A stretch of 64,000 nt of DNA from Drouetiella hepatica Uher 2000/2452. Its GTDB lineage: Bacteria > Cyanobacteriota > Cyanobacteriia > Elainellales > Elainellaceae. The stretch is taken from assembly GCA_019359505.1 (NCBI GenBank), contig JAHHHD010000019.1:1-64000 (forward strand), in the 5' to 3' direction. How positions within the stretch are numbered: the first letter of the stretch is position 1; the number at the start of each line of letters is the position of its first letter. Position numbers and translations under genes: made by a program. The notes beneath the pieces were generated by a model. It was not told the DNA's origin. It saw nothing but the letters and a program-made list of their open reading frames with translations, and ran no database searches. Positions 1 to 10,010 of the stretch are shown here, piece after piece.

Positions 1-146
1 TATCAATTTCCGTATATACAAATAACTTATAATAAGGATATACTTGACATTTAATATGCATCAATATAGTTTCAGAAACTATATTGATGCATATTAAATG
101 TCAAGTATATCCTTATTATAAGTTATTTGTATATACGGAAATTGAT
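1..146. repeat. Perfect palindrome (hairpin-forming inverted repeat), centre between positions 73 and 74; starts at window position 1 and may extend further left
   Basis: Positions 1-73 are the exact reverse complement of 74-146 (tatcaatttccgtatatacaaataactt...tttcagaaac...aagttatttgtatatacggaaattgata). Confidence 0.9.
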
Positions 147-244
147 AAGGACTATGTATGGCACCGTTTCACTCCTCAACTATGCGATCGCCTGTGTAAT
201 CTGTGAAAGCCTTGTATATCAATAGTTGTGGCGTTTACTGGGTT

Positions 245-350
245 TATCCATATCAGAAATTGTATATACATCTATATTTGTATTCATATCAATGATAGGC
301 ATATCTATATCAGGATTGTATATACATGACACATCTATATCAGAACTGCT
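245..350. repeat. Iteron-like direct repeats (ATC[T/C]ATATCAG x3-4) interleaved with the palindromic 10-mer TGTATATACA; candidate ori or partition site
   Basis: atccatatcag, catctatattt, atatctatatcagg and catctatatcagaac occur within about 100 bp. tgtatataca occurs twice here and once inside the large palindrome. Confidence 0.5.
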
Positions 351-2752
351 TATCCTTATTTGTATTTTTGTTGGGCGACTGATAGAGATATAAGAGATTT
401 ATATCGGTCGAATTATCAAGGTTTTAGCCTAAAGCTATGTACTTAGAGCTTTCCACGGTTTGAATGTATATGTGTATCTTTACTAAATAGTTTAGATAGT
501 GATTGCAATTTGATATAGATAACACTATGATATAGATGTGGATAAGTTGATACGTTTCAAGTTCTTCTTCGGCTCACCTCCAGCGGCTCTCGCTTCACTA
601 GCCGATCATCCTTTCATCAATGGAGTTTCAAACCATGACCGCTCAAGACTTCCTAACTGCTCTCTCGATCTCGACTTTGATTTTCTCTGTTCTCAACTTT
701 GGTTTATTGTTCGTCATCGGCATGGCTGACCGTTCACGGCTCCTCAGCCAGACGGCTAAGCTTCCTCATTCACCTACGCCCACTATCGCCCTTCCTGCTC
801 TTATCCTGCCTTCCATATCGGTAAATCAAGCAGACCAAAACCTAGATTCTCAGCTAAGACAGATTGCACAGCTCGATCAGGTAGCAACTGATTCACGCTT
901 AACCGCTATCGCTCTTCGCTCTACAGCAAAGAAGAGCCGCAAGACAACAACTAAGGCTAAGACCCTCAACAAAACCTCTACAGCCTCTCTATAGACCAAC
1001 TCAGTCAAAAAGCACCCATCTGTCAGTGATCTACGAAACCTCTGCTCAACACATCAGATCGCATGGCGTGACGCCAACGGCAAAAATCAATACCTGACTA
1101 AGGCTCAAATGCTCTCAGCTCTTTCGCAAAAAGGAGTAAGAGTCTAACAGCACCCTACGCCTGTCTGCTAGGAGCGGGCAGGCAGAAATAGAAACTGTTA
1201 TCAGGGATAAGACAAATCTCAGACAAACAACTATAGGACTCTCAACTCATGGCTAGACCTGTTTACGAAATCATCTATTCCAAGCTTCAGAAAGTTTTAG
1301 GAGACCTCTCTCAGCTACCTGACTCTATGAAGCTTGAAGCTCCTGGCTTTATGGATCTAAGTATGAACGTTCTGGAGAGAGAATCTGACCATATCAGAAT
1401 TGCACTCTCTCACTACTACTCGCAAAACGGGGATCTAGTTCCTGATCCAGATATGGAAATTCGCATTTTTCCAGAGTCGGAAATGGCAGAAGCTATGACA
1501 TATCAAGACTCTTACAGCTATCAGGAAGTCTATCCTACACCTCAAACCGTTAGCCCTCGACTAAAGGTTGAACTAAACCGTTTTCTTAACCAGTGGCTTA
1601 CAAACATCATTGACCAGAAGCACAAGCCAGTACAAAGCAAGTCTCATACTGCCTAACCCTCATATATCACTCTAGGGAAGGAAAATTATCTTATGTACTG
1701 TGCAATTCCTGTATCAACCTAACTGATTAACATAACTCATTAGTCTCTAAAAGCCTTGCGTAAAGGGACTTTCAAGAATCCTAATATCGTCCATTTTATG
1801 TCTAATAAGTATCATCTAGTTGACAATTTATCGTTCACAGACCATTCGCAGTAAGTCAGGAGTGTTAAGGAAAGATTGGGAATACTAAATTACCATCTAA
1901 ATGATGATAAATAGATGTAAAATGGATGATTCTATAACTGCTGAAAGCTATGTAGGATAGGCTTTTAAGCTGTTATGACGAGCATACTTAAATAGTGCTC
2001 TTATAGATAATTTTTACAGCATAACTTGTTTTTCTTTTTCTAGAGTGATTAATGAGGGCTAAGATGCAAAACTCTATTTTTGACCTATCACAAGATGAAA
2101 TAGAGGCATTCTCTGAGCCGATCGCCTTAAAGCCTCTCTTGAGCTTTAAGGCGATCGCTCATAGCGACCTTAACTGCTGGACAACTGAAGCTGCCAAAAT
2201 CTGCTCTCTAAAAGAGCTACAGACGCTCTATCGTATAATCGGCATTCCTCGCAGTGGGAACCTCAACAAGGTTCTCTTTCGCCCGGTCATCGGTCGAATC
2301 GGCGGAGATGCTCTATCGGCTCAGACAGTTCGACCGAAACCCAGACAAGGATCACACAGTCCAGCAGGTTCAGTTCTTGGCTCAAGCCTACAGCGGCGAA
2401 GAGCTAAAGACATTCTGCAAGATTGCGGGTATCTATGCTCCATCCACTAAGTACGGAATGGCAGCAGCACTGATCAAATTCAGAAGAGCTGCTAGAAGAA
2501 GAGGAATGGAGTTTATCGCACAAGCTCAAAAATAACCACGAAAGAACAGACAGCTTAGGCTTTTCTAAAGACACCTCAACCCCATACCTGGCAAGCCAAG
2601 TATCTGTCCATAGACCTAATGCAAAAGTAAAAGAGTAGATTTCAACCAAAAACACTGCCCTAAAAGGTCTTAGAAAAGAATCTCAAACTCATTAACACTG
2701 CTTCTAAGAAGAGAAAAACAAGGCTACAAGCCAGTATTATCAACGGTTTACG

Positions 2753-2925
2753 TGAATTACACAATTTGATAATTGTGTAATTCATTAATTGTGTAATTAA
2801 CATATTGCATAATTCAATAATTGTGTAATGATTAAATGATGTAATTGTTAAATAATGTAATGATGCAATTTAATCATTATGTAATGATGTAATTTAATAA
2901 TTACATCATTTGTAAATTACATCAT
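2753..2925. promoter_or_regulatory. Cluster of at least 10 short palindromic repeats (TGTGTAAT / ATGTAAT / ATTACA units) upstream of parA; candidate parS centromere and par operator
   Basis: gaattacacaatttgataattgtgtaattc is a palindrome. It is followed by repeated tgtaat and atgatgtaat units ending in gtaaattacatcatt, immediately 5' of the ParA start. Confidence 0.55.
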
Positions 2926-2935
2926 TCAGGATTTT

Positions 2936-3736
2936 ATGCTAATAATCTCTGCTATGTCTCTGTCCGGTGGACAAGGAAAAAGCAGCACAATTTTATTTAC
3001 GGCTAAAATGCTTGCCGAAGCTGGTTACACAGTTTTAGCAGTAGATGCAGATCCACAAGGCAATTTATCTACGTTTTTACAGCATGACTTACAGCCGAAC
3101 GAGCCAACCTTGCTTGAAGTTGTGAAAGGCTCCGTAGCTTTGGAAGACGGCATTTATCCCGTAAAGGACTACGATCGCTTGTTCCTCATCCCTGCTGACG
3201 ATGCCTTAGAAGGGTTGCAAGACTACCTCAGCACTAGCGGAATAGGGGCTTTGATGATGAAGCAGCGGCTAGAGCCAGCCAAGGGCAATTTTGATATTTG
3301 CCTAATAGACCCTCCTCCTCAGAGATTCCAGCTAAGTCGCTCAGTTATAGGAGCATCAGAGCAAATCATCATTCCAGTAGAGCTAAATGTTAAGGGCTTT
3401 GGAAGCTTAATCAGAACTACTGCCGCAATTCAAGAATTCATTGAATTCAAAATTTGCCATCCTGAAATTCTAGGGGTGCTGCCCTTTAGAGATCGTTGGA
3501 CTGGACTAAACAGGACTATTGAATGTGAGACATGGTTAAACCATATGCAAGGAGAGATAGCGCCTGAATTGTTTCTACCCTCTTTGCGAGAATCGACAAA
3601 AGTAGTACGGGCGATCAGTTCAGGTTTGCCTCTATCGGCTCTGACTTCACCAGAAGACAAATACCCGTTAGATGAGCCATTCAAGGAATTGCTAAAAAGA
3701 GTGACAAGTAAGATGGAGAAACATTCTAATGTCTGA
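2936..3736 (+). CDS. parA: ParA/Soj-family partition ATPase
   Basis: A deviant Walker A motif lies in the first 25 residues (SLSGGQGKSSTILFTAKMLAEAGYTVLAVDADPQGNLS). The length and overall profile are typical of plasmid ParA. Confidence 0.85.
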   Translation: MLIISAMSLSGGQGKSSTILFTAKMLAEAGYTVLAVDADPQGNLSTFLQHDLQPNEPTLLEVVKGSVALEDGIYPVKDYDRLFLIPADDALEGLQDYLSTSGIGALMMKQRLEPAKGNFDICLIDPPPQRFQLSRSVIGASEQIIIPVELNVKGFGSLIRTTAAIQEFIEFKICHPEILGVLPFRDRWTGLNRTIECETWLNHMQGEIAPELFLPSLRESTKVVRAISSGLPLSALTSPEDKYPLDEPFKELLKRVTSKMEKHSNV

Positions 3737-4136
3737 CGCCAGTAAAGACATGGTAGATCGCATCAAGAATCGTGCGGGAAGGGCAACCGTCCCAGAGCGT
3801 AATATGTCACTTGTTGAAATCTCTCCGAGTAAACCAGAAGCCCCTAACACACCAAGCTCTCTCCCTTCTAGTTCTGAACTAAAAGGGCTTCCTGAAGTTG
3901 GATCAAGGAGGCAGATTAGACTGGAAACCGTGTTAGATTCTGAAATTGAAGATTTTTGCAAGCGGAATAAAATAACGATGGAAACCTACTTTGAAGCACT
4001 TCACCTTGTCTGTAAAGGCAATGCCGGACTGGTTGAAGAAGCTATAAAGGAGGCTAAGGAGAGACTTTTAGCTAGGAAAAAAGCGGGTAGAATCAGACGT
4101 TTACAGACCCAGATAAAACAAGAATTCACTGAGTGA
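3729..4136 (+). CDS. Small partition partner protein (ParB/ParG-like centromere-binding protein, putative)
   Basis: Its start overlaps the parA stop (translationally coupled). It is basic, lysine- and arginine-rich and 135 aa long, and the pair is bracketed by palindromic repeats. Confidence 0.4.
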   Translation: MSDASKDMVDRIKNRAGRATVPERNMSLVEISPSKPEAPNTPSSLPSSSELKGLPEVGSRRQIRLETVLDSEIEDFCKRNKITMETYFEALHLVCKGNAGLVEEAIKEAKERLLARKKAGRIRRLQTQIKQEFTE

Positions 4137-4137
4137 T

Positions 4138-4208
4138 TTGTAAATTACATCATTTATGAATTACACAATTTGATAATGATGTAATTTACAAATTGTGTAA
4201 TTCATAAA
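4138..4208. promoter_or_regulatory. Second copy of the parS-like palindromic repeat set, downstream of the par operon
   Basis: gtaaattacatcatt and gaattacacaatttgataat(g)atgtaatttacaaattgtgtaattcat repeat the motifs seen at 2753-2925. Confidence 0.5.
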
Positions 4209-4308
4209 TAAATCAGTTTATTGTTTCTAGTTTATGGTTTATTGTTCTGTCGAGCCTTTTAATTTTTCAGACTGAACTTACTTCAGTCTGAATTTTTTAT
4301 GAGTCACT

Positions 4309-5220
4309 ATGAAAAAGCAAAGTCAAACTATTCCAATACTTATCGAAGTTTTTTCTGTTGACTCAGAGAGTCAGAATAGACTGGATCTGTTCATCTGCAA
4401 TACTATCAATTTCAGTCCTAAAGACGATCTGGGAAGTATGGAGTATCCTGTCTTCACATTATCAACTAAGCGAAAATACAATGTCAGACGATATGAGAGA
4501 AATGGAACTTTTATTGAGATAACTCCAAGTGTATTAGGTCATGCAACTATTTTTGATAATGATATTTTAATTTATTGCATAAGCCAGCTAGTTGCAGGTC
4601 TAAATGCAGGTCGACAAATTGGAAGAACTGTAAGGTTTCCGGCTTTTAATTTTTTTGCTAACACTCATCGAGATGCAGGCGGTAAGGAATATTCTCTATT
4701 AGCCCAATCACTTGTGCGATTGAGAGGTACAACCATAACTTCAAATTTAACCACTGAAGATCCCATCACAAAAGAAGTTACCAAACTTGTTGGAGCAGGG
4801 TTAATTGAAAATTTTACAATCTATAAAAAATCAGCAGAAACAGAGGAAATAGGTACAGTCGAAATTACTCTATCTAAATGGCTCTATAACGCCGTACAAG
4901 CCAAAGAGGTTTTAACCCTTGATCAGAAATATTTTGAGTTACGGAAAGCCTTAGAACGTCGGATATACCTTTTAGTGCGTAAGCATTGCGGAAATCAACC
5001 AAGCTGGAAAATTAGCCTTAAGCTGTTACTGGAAAAAAGTGGTTCTGAATCGGAAAGAAGAGAGTTTAGAAGAATGATAAAATTTATTTGCGATAGTGAC
5101 ACTCTTCCAGGCTACAAAATGAACTATGTTGAGACAGAAGACTTTGTTTTATTTCAAAATAGAATTAATAAAGAAACTGTAAAAGATGCAATCACACAAC
5201 TCGTTCTAAACCTAAAATAG
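4309..5220 (+). CDS. rep: Plasmid replication initiator (RepA-like, replication initiator protein A family)
   Basis: The C-terminal segment ALERRIYLLVRKHCGNQPSWKISLKLLLEKSGSESERREFRRMIKFI matches the conserved core I recall for the RPA/RepA initiator family. The gene is followed by iterons and an AT-rich stretch. Confidence 0.55.
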   Translation: MKKQSQTIPILIEVFSVDSESQNRLDLFICNTINFSPKDDLGSMEYPVFTLSTKRKYNVRRYERNGTFIEITPSVLGHATIFDNDILIYCISQLVAGLNAGRQIGRTVRFPAFNFFANTHRDAGGKEYSLLAQSLVRLRGTTITSNLTTEDPITKEVTKLVGAGLIENFTIYKKSAETEEIGTVEITLSKWLYNAVQAKEVLTLDQKYFELRKALERRIYLLVRKHCGNQPSWKISLKLLLEKSGSESERREFRRMIKFICDSDTLPGYKMNYVETEDFVLFQNRINKETVKDAITQLVLNLK

Positions 5221-5286
5221 AATCTTGTTTTATAAATTTTTTTAGGGCTTCAAATATCCAAAAAACAACATCAAATTTAGAAGGTC

Positions 5287-5380
5287 TACCTGTGAATCAC
5301 TACGGGATATCACACACGCTTACCTGTGAATCACCACGGGATATCACACACACACCCGCACGGGATATCACACACACCTC
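5287..5380. repeat. Iterons (tacctgtgaatcac[t/c]acgggatatcacacac x2 plus a partial third copy) followed by an AT-rich region (5381-5470); candidate oriV
   Basis: Direct repeats are read directly from the sequence. Downstream lies ttattttattaattagttaattcaaatagtta. Confidence 0.6.
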
Positions 5381-6072
5381 TTATTTTATTAATTAGTTAA
5401 TTCAAATAGTTACGCCCTCTTTTTTTTGCTTAACTACGTGCGCGCGTTTCTTAACTTCTTTTATAAATCTTTAACACGATCGCCTGTGGATAACTCTTCA
5501 CTTCACCAAACCCAAAAAAGTGCTGTGGTTGACCCGGAGTGACTTCGTAACTTCACCCACGGTCTTTGGCTTTTAAGGTGGGGAAATAGAACTAGATAAG
5601 CTTTGGTTAGCTCCAATCTTCCCCTTAGACCATCCTCTAGCAGGCACCTATGGGGCTAAAGCACAACTTTATACTCCAACCCATACAATCCTACGCCTTA
5701 GCTAAATAACGTAGCTTAAAAAGGATTTTACGAGGTCGGCTAAACCTAGTTTTCCAGATCTTCCCTTTCTACTCTCTGAGTGGCTCACTACCTCAGCATC
5801 TTTCAGTACGGTGCTTTAGCGTCTCCTCTCTGTGACTATTTCGAGACTTTTTACCTTAGTCCATACAGATCCATGTTAATTCCTTAAACTCTCAACTATG
5901 GGGCAACTAGACGGCTCTGAGCATAAATCAAAAGATGAATCTCTTTCCACTAAAAACTTACAGACTTCGAGCGACACAAAATCACCTCAATAAAACACCA
6001 ACTGAATCATTGAAAAAACTCAATAAATAAACTATGTTTCCAGAAATGCTGTTTTGAAGTGACTAAAGGAGT

Positions 6073-6384
6073 ATGTACACGAAACCCAAACTAATTTCAT
6101 TCAGGATGGAAGGCAGAGAACTCACAAAGCTAACTAATCGAGCTGCTGAGTTTGGAATAAGCCCTGCTGTTTTTGCTAAAAAGCTTGTCAGCGATAATCT
6201 TGAAAGGAAAACGGATGAAGAGCTAACAGAGCAGTTTGAGCTGTTGCAAAGCAAGATTGAGGCTTCAAATGAACGGGTTCTCTCCTACATCAAAGAAGTC
6301 TTCTATGTGCTAAGCGATATTCCACGAGAAGAGCTTGATAAAATACTCACCCCAGATACCCTTACTTCAGCAACAGATGATTAA
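6073..6384 (+). CDS. MobC-like relaxosome accessory protein (ribbon-helix-helix)
   Basis: A small protein sits immediately upstream of the relaxase. Its N-terminus (ISFRMEGRELTKLTNRAAEFGISPAVFAKKLV) is paralogous to the 47228 ORF (ISFKLDEQTTDKLKAIALQSNISHHGAARAIII). Confidence 0.55.
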   Translation: MYTKPKLISFRMEGRELTKLTNRAAEFGISPAVFAKKLVSDNLERKTDEELTEQFELLQSKIEASNERVLSYIKEVFYVLSDIPREELDKILTPDTLTSATDD

Positions 6385-6401
6385 TTTTTTCAAATACTTA
6401 G

Positions 6402-7679
6402 ATGTTGACAATCTCTGCCGTTGGTGGTGGCAAATGGAAATACTTCCTCTCGATCGCTAAAGAAGAGCTTCTCAGCGAGGAAGAGATAGAAGGGTACTGG
6501 CTTGGGGCTGGGGCTGAGAAGATTGGGCTTAAAGGAAACGTCAAAAAGCAGCATTTTAAGAACGTTTTTGAGGGGTTTGCACCCAGAAACAAGCAAATAA
6601 AGCTTGTTAGGAATGCAGGTGGTGCTGACAGACAGGGCGGCTGGGACTTAGTTTTCTCTGCTCCAAAATCGGTAAGCGTTGCCTTTAGTCAGCTCTCAGA
6701 TAAAGTGCCAGAAAAAAAGACAATTCTTGAGATCCATCACAGAGCTTTAGAGAAGGGAATTGATTTTCTAACTGAGCAGACCTACACAAGACGTTTTGAA
6801 ACTGGGGTAGGGAAAAGCGAGGAAAGAGCGGGACTTGTCATTGCTGCCTTTACTCACCAAACCTCAAGACTCAATGACCCACTACTTCACACCCATGCCC
6901 TCTTTATCAATCTTTGCTCACGCGCGGATGGCTCTACAGGCTCAATTAACAGCCGTCAACTGTATGTACTCCAAAAAGAAGCCGGAACGTTATACAGGGC
7001 AGAATTAGCCCTCGGGCTAGAGCATCATTTAGGGCTTCGCCTGCACCGTAAAGAGAGCTGGTTTGAGATTGACGGTATCCCGGATGAAGCCATAGATTTC
7101 TTCTCAAAGCGTCGAAATGAGATAGAAGCACGGCTTAATAAGCTTGGCTTTCACTCAGCTCAGGCTAAAGAGTACGCAAACTTTGATACTCGGAAAGCCA
7201 AGGGATACAAGAGCAGGCATGAGCTTTTCTTGGACTGGCAGGAACAGGGAAAGGCTTTAGGACTCTCAGAAGGGCTTATTCTTGACCTGTTTGGGAAAGA
7301 GCAGATCAGACGCGATCGCACTGAACAAATTCAAATCGTTGTGGATGAGGTCTCTAAGCGTCTGGCTCAGAGCAATAAACCGTTCACTAACCGGGATGTT
7401 TATCGCCTGGTCGCAGAAGAGTCACAATGCAGAGGGGTAGGGCTTGAACTTGCCTGCTCGATCGCTAAAGGCTATCTGGCTTCTGATGATGTCCAGATGA
7501 TAAAAGAATTCCAGAAGAGCCAACTTTACGAGAGTAAGCGTCAAGAGCCTCTAATCCAAGCATCTCAAAATATTGATACGGATAGGGATAGAGATTACAT
7601 CTCACATCGACCCATCATAGAAATTCCAAGGGCTTCAAACATGGGTCAAATCGAGCATACTCTTATCATTCAACGGTAG
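6402..7679 (+). CDS. MOBF/TrwC-type conjugative relaxase, relaxase domain only
   Basis: The sequence begins MLTISAVGGGKWKYF. The motifs VFSAPKSVS and FTHQTSRLNDPLLHTHALFINL (histidine triad) match the TrwC/TraI relaxase domain. Confidence 0.9.
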   Translation: MLTISAVGGGKWKYFLSIAKEELLSEEEIEGYWLGAGAEKIGLKGNVKKQHFKNVFEGFAPRNKQIKLVRNAGGADRQGGWDLVFSAPKSVSVAFSQLSDKVPEKKTILEIHHRALEKGIDFLTEQTYTRRFETGVGKSEERAGLVIAAFTHQTSRLNDPLLHTHALFINLCSRADGSTGSINSRQLYVLQKEAGTLYRAELALGLEHHLGLRLHRKESWFEIDGIPDEAIDFFSKRRNEIEARLNKLGFHSAQAKEYANFDTRKAKGYKSRHELFLDWQEQGKALGLSEGLILDLFGKEQIRRDRTEQIQIVVDEVSKRLAQSNKPFTNRDVYRLVAEESQCRGVGLELACSIAKGYLASDDVQMIKEFQKSQLYESKRQEPLIQASQNIDTDRDRDYISHRPIIEIPRASNMGQIEHTLIIQR

Positions 7680-7684
7680 GAGAT

Positions 7685-9664
7685 ATGCTGGAATGGAAAA
7701 ATAAGGATGCTTTTCAGATTACGGTTTTAGCTCTTACAGGGTTTGTAAGCCTTGCTGCAATTGGAATCTTTGAGAAGCTAAAGCTTAGCATTCATAGTCT
7801 TTTTAGCCTCAATGAGCAGAGCCTATCACATACTTTTCTAGGGTGGCACTGGATTCTTGAAAGAGCCTGTCTAGTCGCTTACCTCTTCTCAATCCTGATT
7901 TATCAGACTAAATATTTTGAGAATATCCAGAAATCAAGCTCTGGAGAAGCTTTTAGGCGGCAACAAAGAATTTATGAATTTGGCTGGTTTGTCCTATTTG
8001 CCGTTCTGCCGATCGTTGCTTTTCCAATCTGCATATCCACACTCAAAAGTGTGCTGCGTCCTGAGTCTGCCTATACGCTTACTTGCCTTATCTGTGCTGG
8101 ATTTTCGCTCCTGCTGACCTTCAACGAAAGGAAGAGGAAATCTACAACGATCCGAGGTGAGGAGCTGTTAACGCATGAGGAAGCAATCGCAATTAGTGAA
8201 ACCATAACTGAGAATTCCGATCGCGCCTTTTACTGGGGTGGTCTCTGGCTCCCTATTGAAGACTCCTCAAAGCATATGCTGATAATTGGTGAACCTGGCT
8301 CAGGGAAAAGCAAAACGCTTTCTCTCTTCATGGAAACGGTTCTACCTCATATCGGGCATGGACTAGACCAGAGAGCTATCATCTACGATCCGAAGCGGAA
8401 TACCCGATCACTTCTAGCAGGTATGGAACTAGAAGCAAATATAAAAATACTCGACCCTTTCGATAAACGGTCTACAGCATGGAATCTAGCTGCTGATGTA
8501 GATGAGCCAGACATCGCTCGAACTGTTGCTGAAGCCCTAATTCCAGAGGAGGGGAACGCTTCTCAACCGTATTTTAGAGATACTGCGGCTGTAATCGTTT
8601 GTGCGGTGATGCAGGCTCTTCACATCAGAAAACCCTACGCCTGGACGCTTCGAGATTTAGTGCTAGTGATGCGAAGCGGTGAGACAATCACAAAACTTGT
8701 CTCAAGTGTGCCTGAAACGAAACACTATGTAGACCAACATTGTAATCAAGTGGGGCAGGCTTTTCAAAGTGTTCTCTCAACTGCTGCCGGGAAAATTGAC
8801 TGGCTCACCTCTGTTGCTGCCCTGTGGGATAAGGCAGAAGAAAAAATTAGCCTGCGCGACTGGGTTTCTAATCAGGAATCCATACTCCTTCTGGGAAGTG
8901 ACAATCTGAGAGTGGTGGCGATGTCACAACTGAACCGGATGATACTAACTTACTTAACCCTTGCAGTGCTTGATCTGCCAGATAACGACGATCGGCGGGT
9001 CTGGTTTCTCCTTGATGAGTTCACATCTCTTGGCAAAATCAAAAAGGTGCAAGACCTACTCTACAAGGGCAGAAGCAAGGGGGCTTCTGTCGTCATCGCT
9101 TTTCAAGAAGTCGCTCAGCTCATTGAACACTATGGCAGAGAAGGTCAGCGAATCATCACGGCAAACACAGCAAACAAGGTTTTCTTAAGATCCTCTGACC
9201 CTGAAACCCAGAAATGGGAACAAACATTTTTTGGAATCCAGGAAAAGTATGAGGAAAGCCATAGTAAAAATGCGTCCCTGCTTGGCACAAGAGCATCTTT
9301 TGGAAAAAGTGAAGCTATTCGAGAGCGATCGCTTGTGCTGGCTTCAGAATTTGGCTCACTTAATCTTGCAAGTCGAGCTAAGGGGATTTCAGGCTTTGCT
9401 AAAAATCCGTCGATCGGTAGCTACAGGTTCAACATAGCGGGTCATACCGTTGATAAGGTTTCTCGCCCTGATCCTGAGATTCCTAACTTTTTGGAGAAAG
9501 ATGCTAAAAGTAGGAAAATTAGAACATTTGATCAAGAGGAAGAAGCCACAATTTACGGAGTTAGCCTTGAAATCAATGAACCTAACTTAGAAGAGCAAAG
9601 CTACTCAAAAAAACGGAAACATAAAATTAGAGAGAGTATACAAAGAATGTTAAAAGACAATTAA
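7685..9664 (+). CDS. Type IV coupling protein (VirD4/TraD/TrwB family)
   Basis: The N-terminal segments are hydrophobic. Walker A is GEPGSGKSKT and Walker B is WFLLDEF, and the gene sits directly after the relaxase. Confidence 0.8.
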   Translation: MLEWKNKDAFQITVLALTGFVSLAAIGIFEKLKLSIHSLFSLNEQSLSHTFLGWHWILERACLVAYLFSILIYQTKYFENIQKSSSGEAFRRQQRIYEFGWFVLFAVLPIVAFPICISTLKSVLRPESAYTLTCLICAGFSLLLTFNERKRKSTTIRGEELLTHEEAIAISETITENSDRAFYWGGLWLPIEDSSKHMLIIGEPGSGKSKTLSLFMETVLPHIGHGLDQRAIIYDPKRNTRSLLAGMELEANIKILDPFDKRSTAWNLAADVDEPDIARTVAEALIPEEGNASQPYFRDTAAVIVCAVMQALHIRKPYAWTLRDLVLVMRSGETITKLVSSVPETKHYVDQHCNQVGQAFQSVLSTAAGKIDWLTSVAALWDKAEEKISLRDWVSNQESILLLGSDNLRVVAMSQLNRMILTYLTLAVLDLPDNDDRRVWFLLDEFTSLGKIKKVQDLLYKGRSKGASVVIAFQEVAQLIEHYGREGQRIITANTANKVFLRSSDPETQKWEQTFFGIQEKYEESHSKNASLLGTRASFGKSEAIRERSLVLASEFGSLNLASRAKGISGFAKNPSIGSYRFNIAGHTVDKVSRPDPEIPNFLEKDAKSRKIRTFDQEEEATIYGVSLEINEPNLEEQSYSKKRKHKIRESIQRMLKDN

Positions 9665-9727
9665 TCTTAAATTAATTTATAATTCATATCTCTGTATGCA
9701 CTTCTTGGAATGCAACTTTTAGAGTAG

Positions 9728-9759
9728 TTGCGAGGGACGCAACTACTCAATCGAGCATC
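9728..9759 (+). terminator. Hairpin (11-bp perfect stem gagtagttgcg/cgcaactactc with loop aggga) downstream of the coupling-protein gene; no clear U-tract
   Basis: Inverted repeat read from the sequence. Confidence 0.35.
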
Positions 9760-10010
9760 TGTTCTAATCATCTGAGCTTCCTTGGATTTGAAGTGCGCGT
9801 AAAGTCCACTCTTGCTAATCTAAATCTCCACCCTGTAAAGTTTGAATACAGAGTTCAAGTTTGCCTGAGGCATTCTTTATAATTTGAGCAACTATCCTTC
9901 GCCCATGAAAAATCACCTGTAGAGGTACTGGCGGCTCGATAAAATTTGCCCGAAATTGAATCATAGTCGGTTCCTGAAAAGACAGCCCCATCTTTTTGTA
10001 GAGGTAGACT

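Noticed and set aside
538-994. ORFs of 63 and 124 aa in the iteron/palindrome region
   Set aside because: They overlap repeat-dense, origin-like DNA. They have low-complexity proline- and serine-rich translations and no RBS or motif support. They are more likely non-coding.
2404-2655. Minus-strand 83-aa ORF with a poly-Ser run
   Set aside because: It is antisense to the probable repeat-protein gene, and its low-complexity translation suggests it is spurious.
5480-6060. Possible non-coding RNA or oriT between the rep iterons and mobC
   Set aside because: This 580-bp stretch is free of ORFs and has small hairpins. I could not identify a defined nic-site motif or a conserved RNA structure by eye, so I leave it unannotated.
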